A DNA stretch of 63,772 nucleotides, filler included, from Aduncisulcus paluster (Eukaryota): assembly GCA_024181965.1 (NCBI GenBank). It is 6 parts of 6 records of this genome, joined end to end, with 100 filler letters (N's around TTAATTAATTAA, not from the genome) between each part and the next. Parts side by side here need not be neighbours in the genome. Positions count along the whole stretch, not along the records: positions 1 to 16,518 come from BQXS01012595.1; 5 more parts are not named here. One strand, written 5' to 3'. Within the stretch, counting starts at the first letter, position 1. Each line of letters starts with the position of its first letter. The notes beneath the pieces were generated by a model. It worked only from the letters and a program-made list of their open reading frames with translations, did not search any database and was not told where the DNA came from. Positions 1 to 11,012 of this stretch are shown piece by piece. The position numbers and the translations under genes are program-made.

Positions 1-485
<485 letters not shown>

Positions 486-1053
486 TTAATAGAAATTTCT
501 TGGCTTGTTTACACTTGTATTTATAAGATTAAAAATGTTGCATAATGCATATTTCATTGATTTTAAGAAAAAATAATATTTTTTTTTTTGCTATCAATGT
601 CTTAATATAGCAAATTCAAGAAAATCTGTTGTAGCCGAGTGAATATAAATAAATGTAAATTTATACCTCGACAAAATATTATGCATGTACATTGCACACA
701 TTGGGTCTAGAGTGATATTCTTCTATGACTCTAAAGTTCAAAGATAGACCAGATGACTTTGACAAAGCCAGGTCTAAGACTAATTTATTCGTTTAAACAA
801 AAATTATAAATATCAACTACCCTCGATTCTATTTTTGAAAAAATATTTTTGAGGATATCAACAACGCAATCAGAATTCAAATCAAAATGTCACCGCACTA
901 TTCAAAGATATTTTGGTTTAATTTTTACTTAATGTCATGGTAATCATATTAAGTGAAGGTGAATAAATAAATTATGGTGCAAAAAACACCAAGAAAATGT
1001 CCACAAAAAGAGATAACAGAAAACATTTTTTTAGGTGAATATCGAAAAAATCA

Positions 1054-1563
1054 TTAGTGATGGCCTGGGGCACCAGGTTTAGGTTCATGGTGCTCATGGT
1101 GCTCATGGTGCTCATGGTGCTCATGATGCTCATGGTGCTCATGGTGCTCATGGTTCTCGGGGTGTTCAGGGTGCTGGGGCTTGGGCTCGGGGTGTTCCTC
1201 ATCGGGTACAACCTTAGGCTCAACCTTTGGCTCCTCTTCTTCCTCTTCAAAGACATTCAATTTACGCATAATGGGACGAACAATTAGCTTGTAAAGCATG
1301 ACAGCGCCACCAAACTTGGGAGACTGCATCCAGATCAACAAACCGAGTTTAATTAAACTGTAGAAAGGAATGATGAAGGAAATTTTATCAAAGACAAATT
1401 CTGCGGCGCGGAAAAATGCGAATACAACCCAATAAATAAGCATGTTGGTGGCAGCTTCTCCATCTTCAGGCTTTTCAGAGACAATACATTTTAGACTCTT
1501 GATAGTGGGGTACAACACTCCTCCAATAGCAACAACAACTCCTGTAATTGAAAAGCCAAGCAT
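1054..1563 (-). CDS. REEP/Yop1/TB2-DP1/HVA22 family ER-shaping protein with His/Glu-repeat tail
   Basis: GVLYPTIKSLK...MLIYWVVFAFF...IPFYSLIKLGLLIWMQSPKFGGAVMLYKLIVRP matches the TB2/DP1 family pattern. Confidence 0.9.
   Translation of the reverse strand: MLGFSITGVVVAIGGVLYPTIKSLKCIVSEKPEDGEAATNMLIYWVVFAFFRAAEFVFDKISFIIPFYSLIKLGLLIWMQSPKFGGAVMLYKLIVRPIMRKLNVFEEEEEEPKVEPKVVPDEEHPEPKPQHPEHPENHEHHEHHEHHEHHEHHEHHEHHEPKPGAPGHH
1087..1158. repeat. 9-bp tandem repeat (ATGGTGCTC)x~8 encoding (HEH)n
   Basis: Read directly; two units carry single substitutions. Confidence 0.95.
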
Positions 1564-1939
1564 ATTTTACCTTGTGAAAATATAATGTTTCAAAATTGAA
1601 GGGAGTCTCATGTCGGTTTCTCGAAACTATTGTTCTTCTTTTAGATGAGGCTATTTGCACTAAATTATAATAAACTTCAAGTAAATTCCAACAATTATAA
1701 TTTCATTTGAGAAAAACCCCGCACATTGAACGACATTGAGTTTTGCTCCAAATTTAAACCCGAGGAAGAATTTACAGAATAAAAATAATTTTAAGTTGTA
1801 TTTAAATCGATTTTATTTAGAAAAAATGATCATTTCTTAAGATCTTCAACAAAGAAAAATAGAATCGTCTTTTGGGAATAGCTTGAAGTGTATTATTGTT
1901 GTAATTCATTTTATTTTGAAATTTTAGAGAGTTTATAAA

Positions 1940-3733
1940 ATGATCACCCCACAATTTGAGTTTGAGCAAGATGCTAAGTATCTATATGTCAAGATATCCA
2001 TCCCTTATGTAAATTTGAATACTATATCCTTTGATTTGAAGGGATCTCATTTGACATTTATTGCAAAGCCTTACTTTTTACGTCTGTCTCTTCCTCGGGA
2101 ATGTATTTCGGATGGAAGAGAGAAAGTATCTTATAATCCATTTTCTAATATCGCCACATTGACATTACCAAAAGAGAAGGAGGGGGAGTTTTTTCCAAAT
2201 TTATCTATGCTCACCGAAATAGCGGGCCATAAAACTAAACTTGGTCAAGAATCGAAGCAAGAAGGATCATTTATCCAAGATGTTAATCCATCATCCTCAA
2301 TTGAAAGATCGGATATTTCTTTCTCGAGTGATGATTATAAATGTGAAAAGGAGCTTAAAAGTCGTGAAGTTGAAGCAATGAAGCATCTCTCAGATGATGA
2401 GAAAGAACTTGATGCTGAAATTGATGATGTTACTCAATTCCTCAAAGATCATTCACCTGAGAAACAAAAAGAACTTTTGCATGAGAAATTAGATAAATTT
2501 TTGACTTCTTCCTCTTCTGAAGGTTCTTCTATTCCTATTCGTTTCCCTCCCTCTTCTTCTGAAGGGATGTCATATGGATTTAATCGTGGCCACAATGGAG
2601 TGATTGCAGCTACTGGGTGCATGTCATGGGGATTATTACTTAGCAATCCCGAAACAGTCTCTCCTATTGTTCGAAGGATCAGACGTCTTGAAGAAGAGTC
2701 CAAAGCTTTTGATGACGAACAATACATGTCCGGGTATGTCCTTGATCATGAAGAGAAGAAAAAGGAATCCGTTATTTGTCCTTGGGAAGGCCTTGTTCCT
2801 TCTGAGAGTAGAGACTCGATATTCGATGGAATCCATCGGCTCACTCAGAGAGACAAGGATGATCTTATGTTATTAAAACCAAAGGAATACATATTAGATG
2901 ATAAAAATGAAATTAAAAGGGCCTGTTTAACTCTGGTTGCTGTGTTATATTCTATTTGCTACCATGCACGGACTGAAGGGTTTGGATCGCTTGACAGTGA
3001 GGCTGGTATTAAAAGTGATATGAAGGTGAGTGGAGAGGAAGATGGGATGGCTACTTCTGCTCTCACTGGGAAAGTGTTTTGTCTCAATCATAAGCATTAT
3101 CCATGTGCTTGTTACGTTATTTCTACGTTGTGTCCTCTATTCCAACATGTTGATGATTCTTTTACAAGTCTACGTGATCTCGTTGGAACTTTGATTCGAA
3201 GATCACTTACCTGGTCTCTTTTTCGTTCTTATTCATTCGCCATCAAAGTTCTCCGTGATTGTTCTGAATTATTTCGAGTTGGCGGTCGTGTTCTAATATT
3301 AAGTGCATTATTACGTTTGAGAAAGTTGTTTAATTCTTCTGATACTCACTATATATATAACAAACTCTGGATTGATGATCTTTGTGTGTGGATTCAAGCA
3401 GAAAGAATGGATATGGTATGTCATTGGATTGGAGAAGAAATGGCGAAAGTTATTCCTTTCTTTGACCCTTCCTCTTCCGTTGATTTGAAAGATAGCAAAG
3501 TGGAAGAGGAAGATGATAGGTCACTTGTGAAATCCAATGTGACAAGAAAAGAGAAGGATGAAGAAGAATCATTGGGCGAGGATGGAGGGGATTGCGTTGA
3601 TGGGAAAGAATATGTTGGAATCATATTTGGAAAGCAAGCCTTGTGTTTGAAGGCTCTTGAAGTTTTGGCAGATGATTACAGACATGTCTTTGTTGATGAT
3701 GAATCTGGTGAAAGGAAAGAATTTGAATCATAA
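1940..3733 (+). CDS. SHQ1: SHQ1, H/ACA RNP assembly factor
   Basis: N-terminal CS domain MITPQFEFEQD..YLYVKISIPY...PYFLRLSLP...LPKEKEGEFFPNLSMLT; also YGFN, R..RLEEESKAFDDEQYM, RRSLTWSLFRSY and YIYNKLWIDDLCVWIQ motifs. Confidence 0.93.
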   Translation: MITPQFEFEQDAKYLYVKISIPYVNLNTISFDLKGSHLTFIAKPYFLRLSLPRECISDGREKVSYNPFSNIATLTLPKEKEGEFFPNLSMLTEIAGHKTKLGQESKQEGSFIQDVNPSSSIERSDISFSSDDYKCEKELKSREVEAMKHLSDDEKELDAEIDDVTQFLKDHSPEKQKELLHEKLDKFLTSSSSEGSSIPIRFPPSSSEGMSYGFNRGHNGVIAATGCMSWGLLLSNPETVSPIVRRIRRLEEESKAFDDEQYMSGYVLDHEEKKKESVICPWEGLVPSESRDSIFDGIHRLTQRDKDDLMLLKPKEYILDDKNEIKRACLTLVAVLYSICYHARTEGFGSLDSEAGIKSDMKVSGEEDGMATSALTGKVFCLNHKHYPCACYVISTLCPLFQHVDDSFTSLRDLVGTLIRRSLTWSLFRSYSFAIKVLRDCSELFRVGGRVLILSALLRLRKLFNSSDTHYIYNKLWIDDLCVWIQAERMDMVCHWIGEEMAKVIPFFDPSSSVDLKDSKVEEEDDRSLVKSNVTRKEKDEEESLGEDGGDCVDGKEYVGIIFGKQALCLKALEVLADDYRHVFVDDESGERKEFES

Positions 3734-4057
3734 TTATTGACAGTAATGTTCACTGTACTTTCAAGCAATACAATGTATGTTGGTCTGGAGATAGATCTAG
3801 GGTGTTGGCACTGATTCTGAGATTTTGAATTCTTATACTTGTCATGAGATCTTTTTGATGCATAATCTCAAAAGAATATTTTTTTTTGTATTTTTTTTAC
3901 TCTCCATAATAATTTTGGATTCGTCTATACCTAATCTGAAAAGGAAGAAGAAAACGAAGATTGTTAAAAATATTTGAATTCAAGATAACTTAAACAATAT
4001 ATCGAATATATAGAATGTGAATCAGAACGATAAAAATAGAAATCTAGATGGGCGTTT

Positions 4058-5002
4058 TCACAATAAACCATAAGAATAGTCAAAGACTGGATCTGTTACT
4101 GCTGGAGCGGAAGGAGTTGGGGGTAGAGCTGAAAATTGATTTGGCTCATTGCCATTTGTTGGGGCCACGTTTGTTGTTCTAGGGCCAGGCAAATTGGGCT
4201 GTGGTATGGTGACTTCTAGTTGCATCTCCTGATAGGAAGTAGATCTCTTCGATAAATAATAATCTGACAGCAAATTAATAAGAAGGAAATGGGTGATTAC
4301 TCGACTAGAGGAGAGAAAACCCATTAAATTGACCAGAAAAAGAGGGGCAGCAGAATTTTTAATACAATAGAAAATAATTATTATTTCAGGAATGTTTTCA
4401 ACGAGCAAAATAAGGGTGATTACCATTAGGATAACTTTGGTTTGAGATGCTACCTGTTGGTTATTTCTGGATTGAGTATTGATGGAGTTTGAAACTTTGC
4501 CAGAAATCCACAAGAATAATGGAATTATCAAGTAAATGAAGAGAATTATAACCTTGTAAATCAATTCGACAGTGTACCAAGTTGATTGGTAGCAATAAGT
4601 ATCCCATAAATAGAAAATAAATGGAATGATGGAAATAATGGAAACCATCAACCAACGGCATGATCGTCCTGTTTTCATGTAATTAGAAAAACAATTTGGT
4701 TCATCATTGCATCCAGAAACACGTTTGGGAATACCATTTTTCATAATATCTTGAAAAGATAGCAGAACGCCACCAACTGAAAGAGAATCCAAGGCTGTAG
4801 AAAGGATAACAATGGTCTTAAAGGTAGCACATGATGTGATTATGGGAAAGAATGCATTATTGATATATTGCCAAATAGAATTAATTAAATCTAACTGGAG
4901 CATGAGGGTGTTTTGGTGATTTCGACGAAAATTGCACACAACAACGAAAAAGATAATCGAAGAAAAAATAGAAGCTATTAATGGATAATTGAAGTATCTC
5001 AT
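4058..5002 (-). CDS. putative 7-TM (GPCR-like) membrane protein
   Basis: About seven hydrophobic segments. TM6-like KVILMVITLILLVENIPE, TM7-like SSRVITHFLLINLLSDYY, then a P/T-rich cytosolic tail. Confidence 0.5.
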   Translation of the reverse strand: MRYFNYPLIASIFSSIIFFVVVCNFRRNHQNTLMLQLDLINSIWQYINNAFFPIITSCATFKTIVILSTALDSLSVGGVLLSFQDIMKNGIPKRVSGCNDEPNCFSNYMKTGRSCRWLMVSIISIIPFIFYLWDTYCYQSTWYTVELIYKVIILFIYLIIPLFLWISGKVSNSINTQSRNNQQVASQTKVILMVITLILLVENIPEIIIIFYCIKNSAAPLFLVNLMGFLSSSRVITHFLLINLLSDYYLSKRSTSYQEMQLEVTIPQPNLPGPRTTNVAPTNGNEPNQFSALPPTPSAPAVTDPVFDYSYGLL

Positions 5003-5582
5003 TTTTCTAATTTTTCTAAAATTTAATTTGCCTTATAACGCGAAGAAAAAGAAAATAGTGAAATCATCACCCCACAGATTTCCACTGTCCCAAACTGTCA
5101 CTGAATAGAAAAAATCTCATAAGAACCATTCATGATATTTCTTATAAAACAAAAATCGTGCTAATTATTTGACAATTTGTTTATTTTTCGATCAAACAGC
5201 TCCACTTTAATCTCAGATTATGCCAGCCTGGCAGCCTGAGGCTGGCAAAATCCTGCGTTTGTGCGAAAAGAAAACATTTTTTCAAGAAGTAATTATTTTC
5301 CAACTTGACAGACGGAAGGAGGTTTAAATGTGTTTTTAAATATCTCACTTGTTTTCTCATTTTCTGAAATGATTGTGATGAGAATAAAATGACCATCAAA
5401 AATCGCAAATATTGTGATTATACTTGACAATCTAAGAAAAAAAGAAAAATAATATGGTTAAAATTTAAAAAAGAGAGGAAAAACGGCCAAAAACATAAGA
5501 AAAATGAAGGGAAATATCGACATCATAAGCAATGAAATTAAAAATAAGATATGAGTGAATTATATTGAAATTGTGACATGAA

Positions 5583-7301
5583 TCATGATAGTAAAGTTTC
5601 GTCATTGGTCTGAGTCTTTCTTATTGTTGTCATTTCTTGATTGTTGGTACCAGATTGGATTAAATCGGAGGATTCTTGTCCTATTCTTGCTCTCAATCCG
5701 GCGCCTAGTGTCATTCCAGGGACACCATCACGAGCTGCACGTTCTATGAGCTTGGTATTGATTGCATGTTCACTGAATCCAAGCTTTCCACGTTCAGGAG
5801 GGACAACGCCAATCGATAATAAGATGAATCCGCTCAAAATGGGGAATATGGCTGCAATAATGAATGTGATGCCACTCGTTGTCATGTAATCATCGGTATA
5901 ACTATCATCATTGCCATCCCATATGAAAGAGAGGAGAATGGTATGAATTAGCACACCAAGAGCTGTTCCCACACCTTGTCCAACGGGAACATCAACTTTG
6001 AGCAAAGAAGATGCAACTCCAACATATCTAGCCGGAGTGCAAGTAAGGATAAAATTCTGGCATGGAACAATATAAAGCCCAATGCTGAAATAAGCAAATA
6101 ACATCCCGACAAAAATACAAAAACGCAATCTCCAAAATATCCCCAAAGCCATGATAACAATGGACACAGAAAGAGCGACCAATGTCGAGAAACAGGCCAA
6201 TCTGGTGACGACTTTCTTGTTGAAACTTCCACCCAAAATACCACCGAGACACATCGGCAAAGGGCACAGCATCATGAAGAAGCCAAGTTGCGTCGCAGTA
6301 TATCCGAATCCAGTGGTCATAATAAAAGAAAGAAGATACCCACAGGCATAAATTCCAATATAGGCACATATGGTGCATAAAACTGGGAAAATGATAAGAC
6401 GAGATCCAAAAATACTTATTGGAATCATCGGAATTGCCGTGTGTTCTTCAATGAAAACAAATCCAACGAAAGCACAGATTCCTAAGATAAAAATAAGTCC
6501 AGATAACCATGAAGGCACTCCACTCATTGACATCATAGATAGTCCCGAAATAAGCATCGCAATGGCCAAAGTAAGCATAATTGTTCCATTCCAATCGAAT
6601 GAAGCTTCCTTAACACGGTTGTGATCCCTAAGGAATGTGCGACATAGAATATATGAAAATATGGCAAAGTAAGGTCCAACAAGATAGACAGTACTCCAAC
6701 CATATAATTCCAGAAGCTTCGAGCCGATTAAAGGGGTAACTGATGCACCGAGACTGGCAATAACAGTAAAGAGAGCAAGAACAGATGGGAGGGAACCTTT
6801 CTTAACTTTTTGTCCGGCAATAGCAGTCGGAGTACTACTCATCATGGAAACACCAATAGCTTGAATGATTCGGGCAATTAATAACATGGGGAATGACTGG
6901 CTGATAAATGCCAGGAAAGAGCCAAAAACGTAGAAAACTCGAAGGCCAAAATTGAGAATAAAAACGGGACCATAAATATCACTTAGCTTTCCAGCGAGGA
7001 AAAGAAGCGATGAATTAACAATTGAAAAGACAGTAACGACAAGTTGAGCCATATCCATTTCAATTTCGAAATATGATTTAATATATGGTGAAACTAAATT
7101 TGAATATTGTGCTTCTGCCTGTAGAGTAACTTGAATCGTTCCAGTTAGTAAAGATAACACTCCAGCTGATAAATCTCTATCGCTTATCTGATGATATGAC
7201 TTCGATCCAATTGAACGAACACTCTCACATGTTAGCGAAGATTTATCGATGGTAATTTCTTTAAGATCTGACTCATCAATGGTTTTATCAACAGATTCCA
7301 T
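5583..7301 (-). CDS. MFS transporter, DHA2/EmrB-QacA-like (about 14 TM)
   Basis: MFS motif A (GKLSDIYG), LLIARIIQAIG, TPLIGSKLLELYGWS, FDWNG and PMIPISIF. Confidence 0.9.
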   Translation of the reverse strand: MESVDKTIDESDLKEITIDKSSLTCESVRSIGSKSYHQISDRDLSAGVLSLLTGTIQVTLQAEAQYSNLVSPYIKSYFEIEMDMAQLVVTVFSIVNSSLLFLAGKLSDIYGPVFILNFGLRVFYVFGSFLAFISQSFPMLLIARIIQAIGVSMMSSTPTAIAGQKVKKGSLPSVLALFTVIASLGASVTPLIGSKLLELYGWSTVYLVGPYFAIFSYILCRTFLRDHNRVKEASFDWNGTIMLTLAIAMLISGLSMMSMSGVPSWLSGLIFILGICAFVGFVFIEEHTAIPMIPISIFGSRLIIFPVLCTICAYIGIYACGYLLSFIMTTGFGYTATQLGFFMMLCPLPMCLGGILGGSFNKKVVTRLACFSTLVALSVSIVIMALGIFWRLRFCIFVGMLFAYFSIGLYIVPCQNFILTCTPARYVGVASSLLKVDVPVGQGVGTALGVLIHTILLSFIWDGNDDSYTDDYMTTSGITFIIAAIFPILSGFILLSIGVVPPERGKLGFSEHAINTKLIERAARDGVPGMTLGAGLRARIGQESSDLIQSGTNNQEMTTIRKTQTNDETLLS

Positions 7302-7601
7302 CTAATTTTCCCAAATCTAACCACAAGGTGAGCAAAATAGTGATTGAGTTGAATATGACAGAGATAGAGATTAATAAATAGATGATATTGATTTAAAACT
7401 ATACCTTTTTTTTATTCTGTTGGAAAATACACCTATAAACACTCAAAGAAGTGAATTAAATATTTTCCCGATTCTGCATTGATTCACAATAATTTTGTCT
7501 TATGCTTGAATAATATAGATGTGACCAGGGCAAATAAAAAAGAATACGTGCAGAAAACTGTTTTTTTTTTGTTGTTGTTTGTTTGTTTCAAACAATAAAA
7601 C

Positions 7602-8239
7602 AAGTTGTTTTATTTCAGAACCAGGGGGAAATATTGAAAATATATCTACAAATTCAACTAAAATGAAACAGTTTATCTTCCAATTACTGATGAAGAATCT
7701 GAGTATGACGATTCATCATCATCATTATCGTCACTAAATTCACCTCTCATTTTAATTTCTTCCATTCCAATAGACCTATTTCTGGCATGGCTTCTATCGC
7801 TAACAGATCTCTTGGGAGGAGATTCTTCGAGAAGAACAGTTTGTTGAACCGCTTTTTTGGACTTGGATGATATTGGTTTTGAGTAAATTGTATCATCAGA
7901 ACTGGAATCGNNNNNNNNNNNNNNNNNNNNAAGTTGTTTTATTTCAGAACCAGGGGGAAATATTGAAAATATATCTACAAATTCAACTAAAATGAAACAG
8001 TTTATCTTCCAATTACTGATGAAGAATCTGAGTATGACGATTCATCATCATCATTATCGTCACTAAATTCACCTCTCATTTTAATTTCTTCCATTCCAAT
8101 AGACCTATTTCTGGCATGGCTTCTATCGCTAACAGATCTCTTGGGAGGAGATTCTTCGAGAAGAACAGTTTGTTGAACCGCTTTTTTGGACTTGGATGAT
8201 ATTGGTTTTGAGTAAATTGTATCATCAGAACTGGAATCG
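7602..8239. repeat. gap-flanking direct duplication (7602-7910 vs 7931-8239) around a 20-N gap
   Basis: Same ~309 bp on both sides of N20 at 7911-7930; assembly overlap. Confidence 0.9.
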
Positions 8240-9933
8240 TCTTTACCATACAATCCACCTCCAGATGGGATGTGGGTAGAATCAGAACTAGATTCGTCAC
8301 CGTGAGAATGATCGGTATATTTGGATTCATTGGTTTTTCCAAAGAATTTAGCAGCTTTCTCATCTGTTGTAGATCTGGGTCTACTACCATCGTGTTTCTT
8401 CATAGCAGCAATAATATCACTGGAAGAAGAATCATCATCGGGATCAGAGTGCGTTGGGCGTGAGATTTTGGCACTTGATGCTCCAGAACGACGAGAATTA
8501 TCTTTGCGAGATCTACGAGTAGATACAGATCCACCCGAAGATCTTTGGGAAGATCTTGTCGATCTGTGTGAAGAAACGGGAGGAGGGCTTGAACTGGAGG
8601 AGTCAGGACTATATGAGGATGAGGATTCTTCATCTTCGGGATTGCCGGGAGGATGGCCAGAAGTGGAAGAAGAAGATCCTCCAAGTTCAGGATGTCTGTA
8701 CCGATACACATCATATTCCTTATCCCTATCAGCAGGTTCGGGGACGTCACGAGCACTGGCACCAATCCAAGCTTGAACTCGGTGTCCATTGACAAGACAT
8801 CCATCAAGATGGGTCTGAATGTACTTAGGATCACGGCTAGAATCAAAAATGGCTCTAAAATCACCAGGTTTGATGCAAACAACACGTTTTGGAGGGGAGA
8901 TGTGAGCCATCACTTCACGGTCTTCGTTAATGACAGAAATAAGATCTGGAATAAGATTCTTATCATTTAAATCATCGTGTTGGAGCTGTCCACTTGAATC
9001 AAATGAGATACAGATCGTATTTGTGGGTTTCTTTCCATGCTCGAAGAAAGAAAGTTCATGGTGGGAAGAATACCTACGCACAGCACGCCTGGTGGCAATA
9101 GATTCACATGGATCTTTAAGAACACGATATGACCTCTCGAGAACACTTCTAGCTGTACCAGGTTTGTCAAAAATAACATTAACAGAACATGGACCACCCA
9201 AACGGTAATAAAGAATTGAATCAACGGCAAGATGTAAAGGAATTTTGGCTTTTTGTTGAAGAAGCTCAAGGATAGCATGGAATGGGACATAACGAGGAAT
9301 TGTTGGAGGGAAATTTACAAAAACCCTCCTTGCCGGAGAGATAGTATCAACATTTGTGGGTAAGAATGGGGTAACACAATCTTTTTGTTCAAAATAATTC
9401 AATAAATGAAGACTTAACATGTAATCAATACGACGTTTGAACCGAATGAACCTTGCAGGTCTGACACCTGCGGCATTGGCACGACCAAGCCGAATAGGCG
9501 GATGTTTGCTTGCGTCGGTGTCCATAGCAAGGTTGAAAAGATCAGTGAATGGGGCACCACTCCTTGAAAGATGGATATGATCAGAACAACGAACAGATCT
9601 GTCGCCTGGGACAGGATCCTTCATTTGCTCGAATTCAGCAACACTCATTTTGTGGCATATAATCCTATCGGGTATCCTTGGAGTGAGGGGCGGTTTGTTA
9701 GAAGTCCTAGTATCGGCGGTAGATATAGAGGACCGGGGAGGATCAACAATGGGACATTTGGTTTCCATCAAATGATATCTTTCATACAATCTATTGACGA
9801 TTGATTCGGATCCTGAAGCAATCACAACTTGAAGATTTCCAAAAGGGAAAGAATAGATTGAAGGACAGAGATCTTTGATGGGATCTGGGCTATCGACCCC
9901 AATAATCATAATAACATTTTGTAATGATGCCAT
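8002..9933 (-). CDS. hypothetical protein, possibly degenerate multi-RRM protein with Ser/Arg/Asp-rich tail
   Basis: 643-aa ORF. RRM-like segments: ARFIRFKRRIDYMLSL, RVFVNFPP, VNVIFDKPGTARSVL, HLDGCLVNGHRVQAW. Low-complexity C-terminus. Confidence 0.6.
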   Translation of the reverse strand: MASLQNVIMIIGVDSPDPIKDLCPSIYSFPFGNLQVVIASGSESIVNRLYERYHLMETKCPIVDPPRSSISTADTRTSNKPPLTPRIPDRIICHKMSVAEFEQMKDPVPGDRSVRCSDHIHLSRSGAPFTDLFNLAMDTDASKHPPIRLGRANAAGVRPARFIRFKRRIDYMLSLHLLNYFEQKDCVTPFLPTNVDTISPARRVFVNFPPTIPRYVPFHAILELLQQKAKIPLHLAVDSILYYRLGGPCSVNVIFDKPGTARSVLERSYRVLKDPCESIATRRAVRRYSSHHELSFFEHGKKPTNTICISFDSSGQLQHDDLNDKNLIPDLISVINEDREVMAHISPPKRVVCIKPGDFRAIFDSSRDPKYIQTHLDGCLVNGHRVQAWIGASARDVPEPADRDKEYDVYRYRHPELGGSSSSTSGHPPGNPEDEESSSSYSPDSSSSSPPPVSSHRSTRSSQRSSGGSVSTRRSRKDNSRRSGASSAKISRPTHSDPDDDSSSSDIIAAMKKHDGSRPRSTTDEKAAKFFGKTNESKYTDHSHGDESSSDSTHIPSGGGLYGKDDSSSDDTIYSKPISSKSKKAVQQTVLLEESPPKRSVSDRSHARNRSIGMEEIKMRGEFSDDNDDDESSYSDSSSVIGR

Positions 9934-10186
9934 TTTAGAAAAATATTAAAATGATTGATTTTAATTTGTTTGAATTGCAACAAAACCCAAATAAAATTGG
10001 AGGTGCTTTTGGAAACTGGCCTGAGGTAAAGTGAGGTCCTCACAAAATAAATTATTTATTATTGTTAATTTATTATATGTGTGAAAATATGGGACCTATC
10101 GGATATTTTGAAGAAATGAGTCAATTATTCCCGATATAACGAACTTCGTTAAACGAAGACAATGAAGTAAAGGGCAAACTAATGTA

Positions 10187-10885
10187 TTATTCTTTACTTT
10201 CAGATGTGGAAACCTCTTTGTTGCTCGATTTTTCACTCGATTCTTCAATTGACTCTTCTGATGATTCTTCAGTTGATCTATCTTCTTGCTTCTCAGATTC
10301 AGCTGTCGTTATTTCTGTTGCTTTGGATAAAATGGTTGCAATATCTTTCATTTTAGTTTTACGGAATAGTTTGATAACTGTTATTAAGATTATGGAAGCA
10401 GAACACGAAATTGAATTTATCCAGATAAGACCATTGGCTCCAATCGCAATTTCAAATGGAAAATACTCTGCCAATAAAGATAAAAACTTACTACCTTCAT
10501 GACTGCTTGCTAATAATTTTGCATCTGTGGAGTCAATTTCTTGCGTTATTCCCCCTTTTAGAACACCCATGATATCAGACTCTCCAAGAAAATCAGTACA
10601 AGATATTTCACACCCCATTCGAATATCCCACGATGTTATTCTTGCGTATATTAACTCTCCATGTTTATAATTTAATCTATTTCTTCTTGTGGCTTCTCTA
10701 TGAGCTAACTTCGACAAATAAGCTTTATCAACTGCTCCAATATCAACAAGAAAGTGTTCTCGATAATCTCCAACTATTTTACCAACGACACATTCATGTA
10801 TCCTTGGGACATACACCCCCATTGTTCCAAAATCTATTCCTGTTAATGATATGATATTTTTGACTTTGATTTTTAGATATTTCAT
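10187..10885 (-). CDS. RRP40: exosome cap subunit Rrp40 (EXOSC3); start may be the ATG at 10822
   Basis: S1 domain YVPRIHECVVGKIV..HFLVDIG...AYLSKLAHREATRRNRLNYKHGELIYAR; KH domain MGVLKGG and FPFEIAIGANGLIWI. Confidence 0.92.
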   Translation of the reverse strand: MKYLKIKVKNIISLTGIDFGTMGVYVPRIHECVVGKIVGDYREHFLVDIGAVDKAYLSKLAHREATRRNRLNYKHGELIYARITSWDIRMGCEISCTDFLGESDIMGVLKGGITQEIDSTDAKLLASSHEGSKFLSLLAEYFPFEIAIGANGLIWINSISCSASIILITVIKLFRKTKMKDIATILSKATEITTAESEKQEDRSTEESSEESIEESSEKSSNKEVSTSESKE

Positions 10886-11012
10886 AATAAAATGTATCTA
10901 AAATCTTAATTTAGTCGCTTGGCGTAATATTTACCATTATTTCAGTTGATTAAGCGTTTTGCTGGATGAATTCTTTGATTTGGCAGGATTTCCAAATTTT
11001 TTCGAGGTTGAA

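Noticed and set aside
7602..7910. Apparent duplicated 3' end of the 8002-9933 gene
   Set aside because: Abuts an N20 gap; uncollapsed contig overlap
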